Assembly (NCBI RefSeq): GCF_009914755.1
Contig: NC_060925.1
Strand: one strand, 5' to 3'
DNA length: 64,000 nt
Source: the human T2T-CHM13v2.0 reference genome, Homo sapiens
Shown here: positions 27,326-40,460 of the stretch, in pieces
Position numbering within the stretch: position 1 is the first letter of the stretch
Layout of the letters: each line of letters starts with the position of its first letter
Notes under the pieces: generated by a model
Told to the model about the DNA's origin: nothing
The model's input: the letters and a program-made list of their open reading frames with translations, nothing else
Database searches by the model: none
Position numbers and translations under genes: made by a program

Positions 27326-28589
27326 TGTTGTTTTTCTTGTTGTTTTTCTTTATCCACATCAATCAGACGGAGATCTCAGCCAGCCCCACCAAAAACATGG
27401 TTTTGCTTGTACTTTCTATTCAATAAGTTTATTCATGGGTAGTGCAAATAATGTTACTAATTCACTGTGTAAGTCAACGGATATCCCAAGATGTAATGCC
27501 CAGTCTCATGTACTTGAAATGCAATGCCTGACTTGAAGATATATCTAGAAGTGTATATTAGTGCCACCAGGGTAACAAGAACACTCAGGATCTCATGAAT
27601 ACTTGCTCTGTTTCTGGATCCTCATGACATTCATTCTCAAAAAACAGAACTTGTCATATCCATTAACCTAAATTACAGGTAAGAGATCTTTGGGCTAGAG
27701 AAGTTTAATGTCACATGTTTACCCAGCTACAGGGAAAAAGTTACCAGCAGTTCCTGAAAGCAGTCTCTGGCTTTCCTACTTAGAACTTAAATTCCTATTC
27801 AGCTACCTGATCTGGACCAGGAGGTAGTGAGCTGACATTTAGTTAAATTATTTTGTATCAGTGCCATATCAAGCTTTCAGTACTGTAGTATTTGAAAACA
27901 GGTTCAAAATACCCACCAGGCCACAAATATTTTATGAACCCTAGAGAGTTTTAAGGGCCTTATCCTTGTGAGTACTGGTAAGGGTTAGCATAATTACTTG
28001 AAACTACCTGTCTCTGTCCTAGGGTTAGGAATGTGGCCTATAACCTTGTATCATCATCTTTTCTCCATAGTAACCATTTTCACCACTCTCTCTTCCATGT
28101 CTCACAGTATCCTTTACCTATCTCTTCATATACCGCAGTGTGCTACTATTAATTTCCTATCTGAATGACTCTACCATTGTCTATGAGCTTCTTGGGCTCA
28201 GGAATAAAAGCCCATTCAATGTTTGATGCAGTCCCTGACACAAAGGTACTCAATTTCTCTTTATTGTTGTTATTAATCAAAATGGGGGGAAATCCTCATA
28301 TCCTTGTTATCCTATTCACATACTTGGCCTACTACACACATTTCTTATCTAGAGGTATGATTAATGTGTTATACCTTGCCTAACGCAGGACCTGTTGCAT
28401 GCTTGGTATTTAATAACTTTTGTAAGATGAAAGTCACCATGCACTAGACAGGTATTTTAACAACTGCCAAGAGATGTGTTTAGAGGATGTCTAGTGTGCA
28501 TAATATCAAGCATGGAAAACTGTCATACTCCTGAGCAGCCAGAATCTAGTCCTCCTTAGGGCTGTATTCAAGGCTCTATTTTCATAATT

Positions 28590-29470
28590 CACACTCTCCC
28601 TTGGCTTTAATTATCTGCTCTTCTGATAACTCTCAAGTCCATCTATCCAACCCAGACTTTTCTTTAGAGCCCCAGACCCATGTATCTGACTGCCTTCTGG
28701 GTACCCCAGTTGGGTGTACTATAGGCATCTCAAACTCAATTCTTCCTAAATAGAACTCATCATTTTCATCTCCTCTTCAAAGCAAATATTACCACCAGCC
28801 CACCCATTGCACGTGATAGAAAAGAAAAAAAGCCTTCGCTCATCCCTCTCTCCCTTAACCTCCACAACAATTCAATCAACACACCTGTCAACTCTCTTCT
28901 ATAATTGTTTGGCCCAGTTCTTTTTCTCCATTCCTCAGACTCACCCACCAGATACTGTTTTGTTCCTCTCCAATCCACATTCTACAACAAAACCAAAATA
29001 ATCACTATTTTAATAAAATATTACTCCATTGCTGAAAAGTCTCTACTGTTTTCCCATTGCCTTTAGGATAAAGCCAAAACTCTTAACATGGCTTTCAAAG
29101 CTCTTGAAAACTTCTTTGTCTCATGACATTCTTGCCGTTCCAAACCTTAATTTGGCTGCTGCTTCTCAACATGGAGCCCTCACCACAATGTTACCTCCTC
29201 AAAGACATGTTCCCTTACTACCTTGGCTAAAGGCTAGCTAAAGCAGCCCTACCTCAAAACCACTCAGTTTCTATCTCATTACCTTATATTTTAAAAATGA
29301 ACTTGTCAATACTTTGGGTATCTTATTAATACTTCCCTATTTGTTGTCTGTCTTCCTCCACTAGGATTTAAGCTCCTCCTCAATGTATATAATACTCAAA
29401 GCTGTACCTCCAGATTGTAGAACAACGCTTGGCATGTAGTAGGCACTCCATAGATATTTGTGGATCTACT
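28590..29470 (+). mobile_element. L2 LINE 3' fragment
   Basis: GATAACTCTCAAGTCCATCTATCCAACCCAGAC...GGCATCTCAAACTCAAT...TGGCATGTAGTAGGCACTC. Confidence 0.65.
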
Positions 29471-30966
29471 GAAGGCTCCTTTATATTCTTGTCATTTCCA
29501 CAATTATGTCATCCTCTACGTCTCTCTTTAAGGACCTTTGCACATGCTGTTTCATACATCCCTTTTCCACACTATTCTTTTAAGCTTGCTAAATACTATT
29601 CAGCGTAATTATCATTTCTTCCAAAAAGTCTTTCCTAACCTCAGTTGAGTCCCTCTGTGGCATTCTCACATGTCATCTTGATCATTTTCTATCAAGAGCA
29701 TTTGACACTGTTGGAATTATTGTATACATAGCTCACTTCCACACTAGACTTCCACATTTTTTAGTTGTTCACAGTTATGTTCTCAGGGCCTAGTATCGTG
29801 CTTGGCGCATAACAGGTGCTAATAATAATTTGTGGAGGAATGAATGGATGAAATGTGTTTCAGAAACAGTGTTTCTGTTCTGTGGGGAATTTATTTTCAA
29901 ATCAGACTCTAATAAATACTTCCTCCCCAAAAGGTGAGAAACACCCTCCTCTCACCCTGGCGTATAGATCCAGTGGGGAAGAATGCTGATTGCACAGGCA
30001 GTGAGGATTAGAAAGCTGAGCTGTAGCACCAAGCAGACAAATAGATAAGCTATTCCTAATGTGGTAAGTAATTAGCACACATTTGGCAGAGTGTATTGGA
30101 AGGAGCAAACCTCCTTAGCAGTATACTTGGAAAACACTCAGGACTTAAAGCTGAGAAAAAAACAAGGAGCAGTTGCAAATAGATACTAAGAAAAATCTTT
30201 ACATAGTAATAAAGACCTTGAAACATGGAAACATCATCTCGGAGAGATAAGTATGGGACAAGAACAGAATGTAATATGTGGCAGAATCTCCAAAATTAGG
30301 ACTAGACGGAAGAAGAAAACTCTGGCTGTTTCTACAACCGAGATTATTTTTCTCTTGTCTTAACCAATCTAAAAAAATGTTTTTTTCTAATTTTTTAATG
30401 AGGAAGGAATTGAAGATTAGTGTACAAATTCTATTTTATCGTTGCTCTAGTTGATGTATAGGGGGTTCTTCCTAAGTTAGTTATATTCCTTAAAGTGAAC
30501 ATTTTCATTGGCAGTTCATATTTTTGTGTTTTTATGAAGTCCTGATTTTTTTAAACTCCTACTTTGGCCTCCCAAAGTGTGGGGATCACAGGTGTGAACC
30601 ACCATGCTCAATTGTACATTTGGACTGGATAGCTGCCAGCAGTCAAAATGTTGGCTCTCAAATTAGTTAATTTGTAGTTTGGTCTAAAGAAGTTTATTTC
30701 TCTCTGGGTATGCTACCTAAAATTCCATGGACTCATTTGGAAGATTGTGAAATTCATCAAATGACTTGCCCAACCAAAGTATACAGGGGTGTCCTCATGG
30801 AAGAGAACCTACAAGGGGCTCAAGACAGCAGGAGTTCTGCCTTTGTTCTGCTATAACTGAGCATGGTCTGATGGCTTACCTCACGTCTGTGTTCTCCCAT
30901 GGGTATTAGTAGTCCTATAGTGTCTCTGTAAAGAAGGACTTTGTGATCTTAGCAAAGCCTTAAAAT

Positions 30967-31110
30967 TAGGGTTGGCAAATAAAATACAGCAAATAAACAA
31001 ATATAAGTTTAGGGCGTGCTTATACTAAAAAGTTATTCATCATTTATCTGAAATTCAAATTTAACTGGGCATCCTGTATTTTTTATTTGCTAAATCTAGC
31101 AATGACAATT
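30967..31110. mobile_element. MER53-like hAT MITE
   Basis: TAGGGTTGGCAAATAAAATACAG...ATCTGAAATTCAAATTTAACTGGGCATCCTGTATTTT...GCTAAATCT. Confidence 0.65.
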
Positions 31111-31269
31111 AAAATTAATTTATCATTAAAAGAAAATTCCATTTCTCTCAGTTCTCTGCCCATCATGATAAAAAGCCAAAAAAAAAGTTGCAGAAGGAAG
31201 TAAAAAAAAAAATTTCACTGGTGTCAATTGCTTTTTCATGCAACATAAATGTTTAATTACTGAGACTTC

Positions 31270-31320
31270 CTTTTCCTTCCTTCCTTCCTTTCTTCTTTCT
31301 TTCCTTTCTTTCTTTCTTTC

Positions 31321-31360
<40 letters not shown>

Positions 31361-31366
31361 TTTCTG

Positions 31367-31442
<76 letters not shown>

Positions 31443-31445
31443 TCC
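31270..31445. repeat. Compound (TTCC)n(TTTC)n microsatellite derived from an Alu monomer tail
   Basis: Read directly; lies inside the TSD pair of the adjacent monomer. Confidence 0.92.
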
Positions 31446-31459
31446 TTATCTTTCATCTA

Positions 31460-31606
31460 TAACCTTGCTCTTTCACCCAAGTGGGAGTGCAGTGGCACAA
31501 TCACAGCTCACTGCAGGCTCAACCTCAATCTCCTGTGCTCAAGTGATTCTCCTGCCTTGGCCTTCCAAAGTGCTGGGATTACAGGCATGAGCTACCACAC
31601 CCGACC
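31460..31606 (-). mobile_element. Alu monomer (FLAM/FAM-like)
   Basis: Single arm; TGAGACTTC is repeated at 31261-31269 and 31607-31615. Confidence 0.78.
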
Positions 31607-32894
31607 TGAGACTTCTTAAAAATAGAAAAGAGTTGACAATCTACTGAGAGAGAAGGCATTTTGAAGCCAGTGATTGGATTTCCACACATTATCTTTTGTT
31701 GTTCATGTCTCCATTAGCATAGCAGTTAGAGTGTTTTGCTGCATTTATCTCCTTTGAGAAAGTTAGGTGCTTATGAGGTTGTGAACTCAATTCTCAGGAG
31801 TATAGGTTAACTTCTGGTTTAGAAGCCAAACTACATTATACACCACAACACACTAGGGACAAAAGGGGCCCTTTGATAAGTCATAAACAACCAGCTGATT
31901 GATTGGTTCTAGGAATTTAAATATCTAGGCATTCATTTTAATTAAGCACTTCATTGGAAAACACATAACACAGACTACAGTCACTAGAACTGTAACAGCT
32001 ATATTGCAATTTTATAGCCCAAAATTTAATCAGCAGGTGCTGATTAATCTTGCTCTAAAAATCTTCCATAGCAAGGCAGTTGCTCAGATTCTCTATGCTT
32101 CAAAAGGGGAAGGGGGGATAGTTGATGCTGCTGAGAAAATAGATGGCCAACCTTTTACTTTTGCTCCCTAGTTTTCTGGGAGTTTTGATTTCAGCTATAA
32201 GCAAATTCCCATCTTTAGCACCAGTGTTGACATGACCATAACAATATGTTTAAGACCATAAAAGAGAACCCCATTTGGAAATTAGCCAGCTCTGAGTTTA
32301 AAGGGCTAGGTTTTCATAGCTAACTTTCAGTCAGTAAAACATAAGCTTCTCCCCAGCACAACCCCCAGCCCTCCCCATTTCCTTTCAGTTCTCTCCCCTC
32401 AAATTGCACAGGTTTCTCTCCTGGACCCATTCTATATTTTCTCACAGCTCCTCTCTGGGTCATCTCTACCTGTCATTATTTTAGCTCTTTGATTTTACTA
32501 AACAATATGTTGTTTCCCACACGTATGTTTGTCCTAGAATGCCCTCATCTTCCTTGGCTTAGTCAAATCCTCCTCATGCTTCTTTGAATGCCCAGACCAA
32601 ATGTCATCCCCTCGAGAAGCTTTCTCTGTCATCCACCCCAGACTATGCCAAGTACCTCCTTCTGTGACCCCACAATTACTTTAATGTGTCTATATCACCT
32701 TGTTTATGTAGAGTGGGTAGACATTTTTACATATTTATTTTTATCTGCTTATAAAAATAAAGCTTGCTTGTTTATAGAAAAGGTGAAAATAGAAAAGTAT
32801 ACAAAACAAAAAATTATCAATAATTCTACCATTCAGAATACAATGCCAATATTTTTGGTGTATTATCTTCTAAACTTTTCTCTATGCATCCTAT

Positions 32895-33405
32895 GATTGC
32901 TTAATTACAAAAATTCCCCCAATTTTCCATCCCTGCCTGTATTCTTGCCACTTGATATGTGACCTTGAAGCTCCCTCTATCGAGAGATAGAATCACTTCC
33001 CCCCACCCCTTTAGTTCTTCTTATGACTTGGTTTTGAAAATAGAATGTGGCATAAGTAAGTGATGGTGTGCCTATTCTGAGCCTTGCACATTTCTGCTCT
33101 CTCGAAGCCCAGATACACTATGAGCACAACCCCAAGCTAGCCTGCTAAAGAATAGATCATTTGAAGAATAGATAAATCATCCCATCTGAGATCATTCTAG
33201 AGCAGCCCACTCCGAACTGCCCTGCCAGCTAAAATCAAAGATGTCCAAACAAGCCCAGCTGAGATAAACCTAGATGAGGAGAACTGCCCAGCTGAGCACA
33301 GCCTAAATTGCCTGCAGAATTATGCGTGAAATAAATGGTTTTTTGATGAATCATTAAGTTTTGGGGGAGGACTAGTTCGTTATGCAGCAATAGCTTACTA
33401 ACGCA
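32895..33405 (+). mobile_element. MLT1G/H-like MaLR LTR
   Basis: ATAGAATGTGGCA...GAACTGCCCAGCTGAGCACAGCCTAAATTGCC...GTTATGCAGCAATAG. Confidence 0.65.
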
Positions 33406-33469
33406 TATACATTTTTACATAGTAGAGGTTACACTGATTATAACAAGTTTATGCCTTCTTTACTTGTTT

Positions 33470-33610
33470 GTTTGTTTTTTTTTATTTTTTGTAGAAATGG
33501 GGTCTCACTATGGTGCCCAGGCTGGTCTTGAGCTCCTGCACTCAAGTGATCCTCCTTCCTTGAGCTCCCAAAGTGCTAAGATTACAGTCATGAGCCTCTG
33601 TGTCTAGCCT
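33470..33610 (-). mobile_element. Alu left-arm/FLAM fragment
   Basis: GTAGAAATGGGGTCTCACTATG...CCCAAAGTGCTAAGATTACAG. Confidence 0.8.
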
Positions 33611-34049
33611 CTCTTAATTTTTAAATCATAATTATATGATCAAAAAATTATTGCCAAGTTTTATGTTTATCACTGCATGATAGTCTATCTTATGGATGTA
33701 GCATAAAGTTTTTACCATTTTTCTATTCTATATCTAGGTTGTTATAAAAATTATAATTATAGAGAGCACAGTGTAATGGGCATATTTAAACTAGAAGTAG
33801 AATTATTGGGCCAATAGCCATAGAAACATTTTGAAGGTCTTTGATACATGTTGACAAATTCCTTTTCAGAAAGCTTACAAGTTTCTGCACTGTCACTGGT
33901 GCTGCCTCGGATGGCTCATTTCACCACAGTCTTGCTGCAGTGAAGTATTAATTTTAAGTAAGCTGTAATTCTTATGGTTAAAAAAATCACCATTCCAGTT
34001 TTTATTTTTTGTAAGTAAAATTTGACTGATGCTCTTTTCTTATTCTATT

Positions 34050-34401
34050 TGATATGGTTTGGCTGTGTCCCCACCCAAATCTCATCTTGAATTGTAGCTC
34101 CCATAATCCCCATGTGTCAACTGGGAGGTAATTGAATCACGGGGGCGGATTTTTCCCATGCAGTTCTCATGATAGTGAGTAAGTCTCATGAGATCTGATG
34201 GTTTTATAAAGAGCAGTTCTCCTGCACACGCTCTCTTGCCTGCCGCCATGTAAGTTGTGACTTTGCTCCTCTTTGCCTTCTGCCGTGATTTTGAGGCCTA
34301 CACAGCCATGTGGAACTGTAAATCTATTAAACTTCTTTTTCTTTATAAACTACCCAGTCTTGGGTATGTCTTTATTAGCAGCATAAGAACAAACTAATAC
34401 A
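34050..34401 (+). mobile_element. THE1 (MaLR) solo LTR
   Basis: TGATATGGTTTGGCTGTGTCCCCACCCAAATCTCATCTTG ... ACTAATACA; 5-bp TSD CTATT at 34045-34049 and 34402-34406. Confidence 0.92.
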
Positions 34402-34559
34402 CTATTTGTATTTATTCTTTTGTGAATATCTCTTCATGCACATTGTTAATTTTTCTTTTCCTCTTTCTTTTCAGTAGTTGTGCTTTGATTTGCATGTTCT
34501 CTATATTAATAGCATATATTACCAATATTTACTATTTACTTAATGACTACTAAGAAGTA

Positions 34560-34750
34560 AGCACATCACATAAAGAATCTCTTCTAAATCTATGCAACAA
34601 TTTTTTCAAGGTAAGTTCTAGTGTTCTCCTATTTACAGATGAGAAAACTGAAGCCTAAAGAAGTTCAGTATCCTGTCCAAGGTTATACATGGAAGACTCA
34701 GGTTCCAGAGTCTGGCTCTTCCTTTTGGATACTGTTACTTCACTTTCTCT
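34560..34750 (-). mobile_element. MIR SINE
   Basis: CCTATTTACAGATGAGAAAACTGAAGC core. Confidence 0.6.
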
Positions 34751-36802
34751 ATCACAATTTTGCAAGAATTTTTTTTCCCCTAACTTGTCAGTTATCATAT
34801 TACAGAAAGATTATCTCTTCACAGGTTCATGGGTCTTTCCCACTAGCTAGATTGTAAACTTCTTATGGTTGAAATAAATCACTGTATCACTTGCATCTTA
34901 CGTGGTGCCCAGACAAAATATATATTCCATAAATATTTGTCAAACTGAATTATTTGCTCTCATGTTGATACCGATATCTTGGCGGCCAAATTCATTGTCT
35001 GATGGACTATTATATACATTATGATGTTCTTTTACCCCAATTAGATGTTATAAAATAAACAGGCTAATTACATTAGATCATCTTACTTGGTCAATTTATG
35101 TTTTCCACAAGTAGATAGCAATGATTCATGGTTCATAATCATGATTGAAAACAACTATCACTGGGTTCCATCATCCTCCAAAATGATAAGATCCTGGATA
35201 ACCTGGGTAGAAAATTATTCACAGCACTGTCCAATCCTATTCTTTGTTACTTGAATTTGGCCAAAAGTACAGAAGTTGTTGGTTATCAGTCCAACTGTTC
35301 CTTGAAAAATAGTTGTGGAAATAAACTAAATTTACTTACTGAAGTCAAGGTCCATGTACAACTTTCATGACCTTTCTTATATATTAGTCACTTTGAAAAT
35401 AAGATCCAAAGCTGTGCTTAAGAGGAAATTAAGTTTACATAATAATACATTGAACTAGTGATTCATTTTAGAGTTCTAGATTTGAAAGGCTGCATTATAC
35501 AGTCTTAAAATTCACTGTAAATTGGCCCAGTTTTTAACTTTGTCACTTTTCTGAATGCCAGATTCTACCTGCTCCTTCTATGGAATAATAGGAATTCTAT
35601 GGAATAATCAAAAAAGTTCTGATTAGATTCATAAAAGGAAGGCTTTCCAATCTGCATGTGTTCTGTTTGTGGGTACAGTTATATCTCCTTGGAAACAGGA
35701 AGGATGATGCCCATATATATTTGCACAATGAAATAGCTACTAGGTTAACAAATGAGTTCTCTTAGATGCTTACTAAAATTTGTGTGTATATGCTTTCTAA
35801 AGCAAATCAAAATTAAATAAGCAAGACTCTTTTCTTTCCTGGTGGGACCCCTAGCTACCTTGGGGACAGACTGACAGAACTGCTAGCTTCAGCCTAGGGA
35901 TGAGTTGGAGTAGTCTGGAAATGCTGAGCGGTGCCTTTGCAGGAATGTGCAGCACCTGGCACTAGTATTTTAAAACTCTCTAGAGAGAGTCACCAGTTTT
36001 TTTTTAACAGCTGAGCAACAACTTGCTGGGCTCCAAACTAGGTCAGTGAACATAGAAGGTGAAAACTTTCTGTTAAGATCAATTTCTCATTATATTTAAT
36101 AACAGTTTCAAAAACAAGGTAGGCGGTGGGTGGGGGGACATGCTGACAGTGAGGAATCCACTTTCTTAGACTCATACACACAGGATTTCTCAAACAAAAG
36201 AAGACCACCTGGCTTCAAAATTCTATAGTCTGTTTAATAATACCCCAATAATTTTTCATTTCTGTTTTACAGTAGAGGTTATCAACCACTACTCTAGTAG
36301 ATTAAAATTCTCTAGCAAATATTTTTCTCTAAAAATGAATATAGGCTCAGAAACATGCAAATAGATAAGTAGTATAGCATAAGTAGCTTAAACATATCCA
36401 AGTATCCAAATGTATGTGAATTTATTGTATGGTAAATCTGAATTTTCAAAATGTTAGGGAATAAATAGTGTGAATACCAGAGGCCATTTACCTGTTTTGA
36501 GGGGAGAAAAGCTAGATTCCTGTCTCATAGCCTGCATATAAATAAATGCCAAAATAACAGCAAAAATATTAGAATTACAAAAATATTACAAAAGATCTTA
36601 TGTTCTGTTCTTCATTAGTCCCACACATTTTCTTACATTTATTTATTTCTGGTTACCAAATACGTATTCAGTTGATGTGTATGAATAGGATATTCCTTTC
36701 AATTTAGCTTCCATGTGATTTGTTAATATCAAAGAAAGCTGTTTAACACTAATCTTGTATCCAGCCACTTTCAGTTCTTAGTAATTCTAACAGTTGTTTT
36801 AA

Positions 36803-37095
<293 letters not shown>

Positions 37096-38819
37096 AGTTT
37101 TAAGTTTTGGTTGAATCTCTGATTAAATATGTGTATGCATATGCATATTCATGTATGTCTTTTGTTTGTTTTATTTAATTAGCCATAAACTCTAGAATTC
37201 TGTTTAACTAGTGATGACAGCAGGCATTTCTCCAGTTTCCATCTTTAAGTAAATATAGTCACTGCTTCAGCATGTAATTTTGTTTGTTATTGATTTTTAT
37301 TTCAAACTCTTTATTGTTTTTAGGCATTTTTATTCTATTACTATTTTACTTAGAATTTTATGAATTGCTGTTTATTTTTATTAAATACGTATTTTACAAT
37401 TATTGTTCAATTTTTTTCTCTTTTAAGTAACTTAAATAGATTAAAGGTAAAAATGTACTGAACAGTAGCTTTGCTTGGGTTAAGCATTTAATAAAAATAC
37501 GTAAGTAATATTTATTGCTATTTTTGATTTGACCTAGCCTTTTTGGAATAAGCTGTACTTCATCATGATTAATTTTTTAAAAATGTCTTGTATGACTCTT
37601 TGCTGATGCAGTATTTGGATTTTTTTGTATCTAAATTTGTAAATGATATTGGTGTATAATTTCTATTTGTGGTTGCTTTTACCTTTTCTAATATAATTCT
37701 TTGATGTTTCCAATATCCTCTATTATTGGTCTATTCAAATTTTCTATCTGATCTGGAATCAATTTTGATAATTTAAATTTTCCTGGAAATGTATATTTCA
37801 TTTATATTTTTCAAATTAATTGTTACACTATATATTTAAATTTTCTTAAAAATTCTTTTAGTTTTAACTATATTTGTAATTACAACATTTTCTCATTTCT
37901 GAATTTGTGTATTTTTGTTCCTCCCTTTTTTGTCTTTTATTTCCCCTTCAAATCAGTGTTTTTTCCTTCTTTTTGTCAAGTTGTTACAACTTTGTCATTG
38001 TGTTTTGTTATTTTTTGGCTTAATTGCATTGTTCTTAAGAGAGTTTTCGAGTCCATTTTCTTTATGGTCAACTGCATGAATATATATTTGCCTTAGGTTA
38101 TATACAAAGTTCTATACATCCATTAAAACAAATGTATTATTTGTGTTAATTAAATTATTTCTGTATTTACTGATCATCTATCATGTTCTGGGCACTGTAT
38201 GATGTGCCAAGTGCACAGTGGCACAAAGAGCATTCCTATTTATTGCTATATGATATTTATTGTATGGGATATAACACAGTTTGTTTATTGAGTCACCTCT
38301 TAATGGACATTTGGATTACCTCTAGTTTTTACTATTATAAATAAAGATTCTATGAACTTTTGTGTTTAAGTTTTTGTGTGGAAGTACGTTCTCATTTCTC
38401 TTGGGTAAATAATTAGAAGTGGAAAGTTTTAGTCTCATGGTAGCTATATTATATTAATCTTTACAGACAGTAGGAAATTGAATTTGGACTTTGGAACTAA
38501 AGGTGAATTTTGCCTTATAACAGTACAATGGAATCTTTATATATTCATGGATCCAACTGAGCTATAAAGTCTCATTTATGTTACTTTTTATGCTTTCTTA
38601 TCATTTTTCTACTTCGAATATGTTTTCCTTGATAATTTTTACTCTCTGTTGTATATTTTCCAGAATATGAATATATTACAGGGTAATAGTACCATCAAGA
38701 GGTTCTACAAAAAGTAGTTTCTATCGTTACATAAATTGAGAAAATGCTTCTTAGAGATTTACAATTCATACTCATATTTTAAGGACTATGAGAAGTCTTG
38801 CTTAAAACTACTCAGTGAT

Positions 38820-39305
38820 TTCCCCTTGCTTTTAGACCAAATTCCAAATTCTTAACACAGTTCATGAACTCCTGCACTCTGGCCCCTACTAACATCATAA
38901 CACTCTGACTTGATTAGTTCAGTGAATGAGCCAAGTTCCTTCCTGCCTCAGGACTTCACACGAGTGATTCCTTCTGCCAGAGCTCTTTTCTCTATCTCCA
39001 CACACCTGGATAATCTCTCATAATTCTTCTGGTTAACAAATTAGATATAGTATCATTACAGAAACCTAGAATATAGATCAAGTTCACATTCTAAACTCTT
39101 AGAGCATCCTGTGCTTTTCTTCTGTAGCACTGTTTACAATGACAATTCCATAGTTACATGTGTAATAATTTGATTTATGGCTGTTTTTGTAGCTGGAATA
39201 TAAACTCCATAAAAGTAGGAACTTGTCTGTCTTGTTTCCAAAAGTCACCATATCTGCCTGTTTTAGACAAATAGTAGGCACTTCATAAATATGTATTGAG
39301 TGAAT
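38820..39305 (+). mobile_element. L2 3' fragment
   Basis: TCCTGCCTCAGGAC...TATAAACTCCAT...AATAGTAGGCACTTCATAAATATGTATTGAGTGAAT terminus. Confidence 0.6.
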
Positions 39306-39421
39306 CAAGAAACCAAGTAATTTTATTTAACCCTTCATTTCCTAAGCTTACTTGACATATTTCTTCCTAATTATCTTGCAGAATTAGTATTCAGTCAATA
39401 ATGCTCTTACGAATGGAGCTC

Positions 39422-39445
39422 TGTGTGTGTGTGTGTGTGTGTGTG
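39422..39445. repeat. (TG)n microsatellite
   Basis: Read directly from the sequence. Confidence 0.9.
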
Positions 39446-39459
39446 GCTGGTAATTACCC

Positions 39460-40460
39460 TATTCACTCACTTAATAAATATTTATTGGGTGTTGCTATGT
39501 GCTAGGCACTGTGCAAGGAATTTTTCTAGTCACTGAGAGTTCAGCAGTTTCTAAGCCCAAAGAGTTTACCTTTAGCAATATTCAGCCAATAAATATTCAA
39601 AAGTAAATAATATATTAGTAATGAGTGCTGTGAAGACAAAAACAAAATAGATCAGGATAAGAAGATACGAAATGAAGGCTGAGCTTTAATTTAGAAAGGT
39701 GGTCAGAGAAGACCTCTCCCATAAAGTGACTTGTGAGTGAAGATCCAAAGATTCGTAAAGCTGTACTTGCTGTCTAGGGGAAAGAGCATTCCAGATGGGG
39801 AAAGAGAAATGGCAAAGTGCCTGCGGTGGGAACATGTGTAGAGATCTGAGTGCAGTTATAGCAAGAGAACAAATAGAGAGAATGGTTGGACTTGAGGTCA
39901 GAGAAAGTGGAGAAGGGCACTAGGTTATGTAGGGATACAAAGGGTTTTGGATTAACTCTGAAGGATACGTGAAGACATTGAGCAGAGCAGGAATATAATG
40001 CATATTTTAGAAAGGTTACTGGCTCTTGTGTGGAGAGCATCTGTAGGAGGAGGAAACTTATTAGGACTGTCTTGTAACAATCTAGGTAAACAAAGTAGAC
40101 TAGGGTGTTAATGACACAGGTGATGAGAGATGGTGACATTCTGGATATATTAAATGTAGAAACACCAGGATTTGCTAATGGATTGTGTGTACAAGACTGG
40201 GAGCTTAGATTGTGGATGAGGAAACCTAAGTTTGATTTGATCATACCAAATTTGAGAAGCCTGTAAGAAACCCAAATGAAGATGCGGACAAGGATCTGTA
40301 AGTTTAAAGTCAGAGGAGATGTCAGGTCTAGAGATATAAATTTGGAAGTCAACAGCCTACTGATGCTATTTAAACTAGGGACTGGATGAGATCATCAAAG
40401 AAGTGAGTATAGATCAAAAAGAAAAAGAGTCTGAGGACTAAGCCTTTGGGACTTAAATGT
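39460..40460 (-). mobile_element. L2 LINE fragment
   Basis: ATTCACTCACTTAATAAATATTTATTG...GGAAAGAGCATTCCAG...CTAGAGATATAAATTTGGAAGTC. Confidence 0.72.

Noticed and set aside
31238-31462. SFFL-repeat and KERK-repeat ORFs
   Set aside because: They are translations of the (TTTC)n microsatellite.
35576-35608. Short duplication TTCTATGGAATAAT x2
   Set aside because: Ordinary slippage-scale duplication with nothing suggesting function.
36121-36137. G-rich run as a G-quadruplex
   Set aside because: Only two runs of three or more G.
39774-40352. Longest ORF in the track (192 aa, minus strand)
   Set aside because: It lies entirely in a decayed L2 element, has no ATG start, and shows no recognisable domain or splice context.
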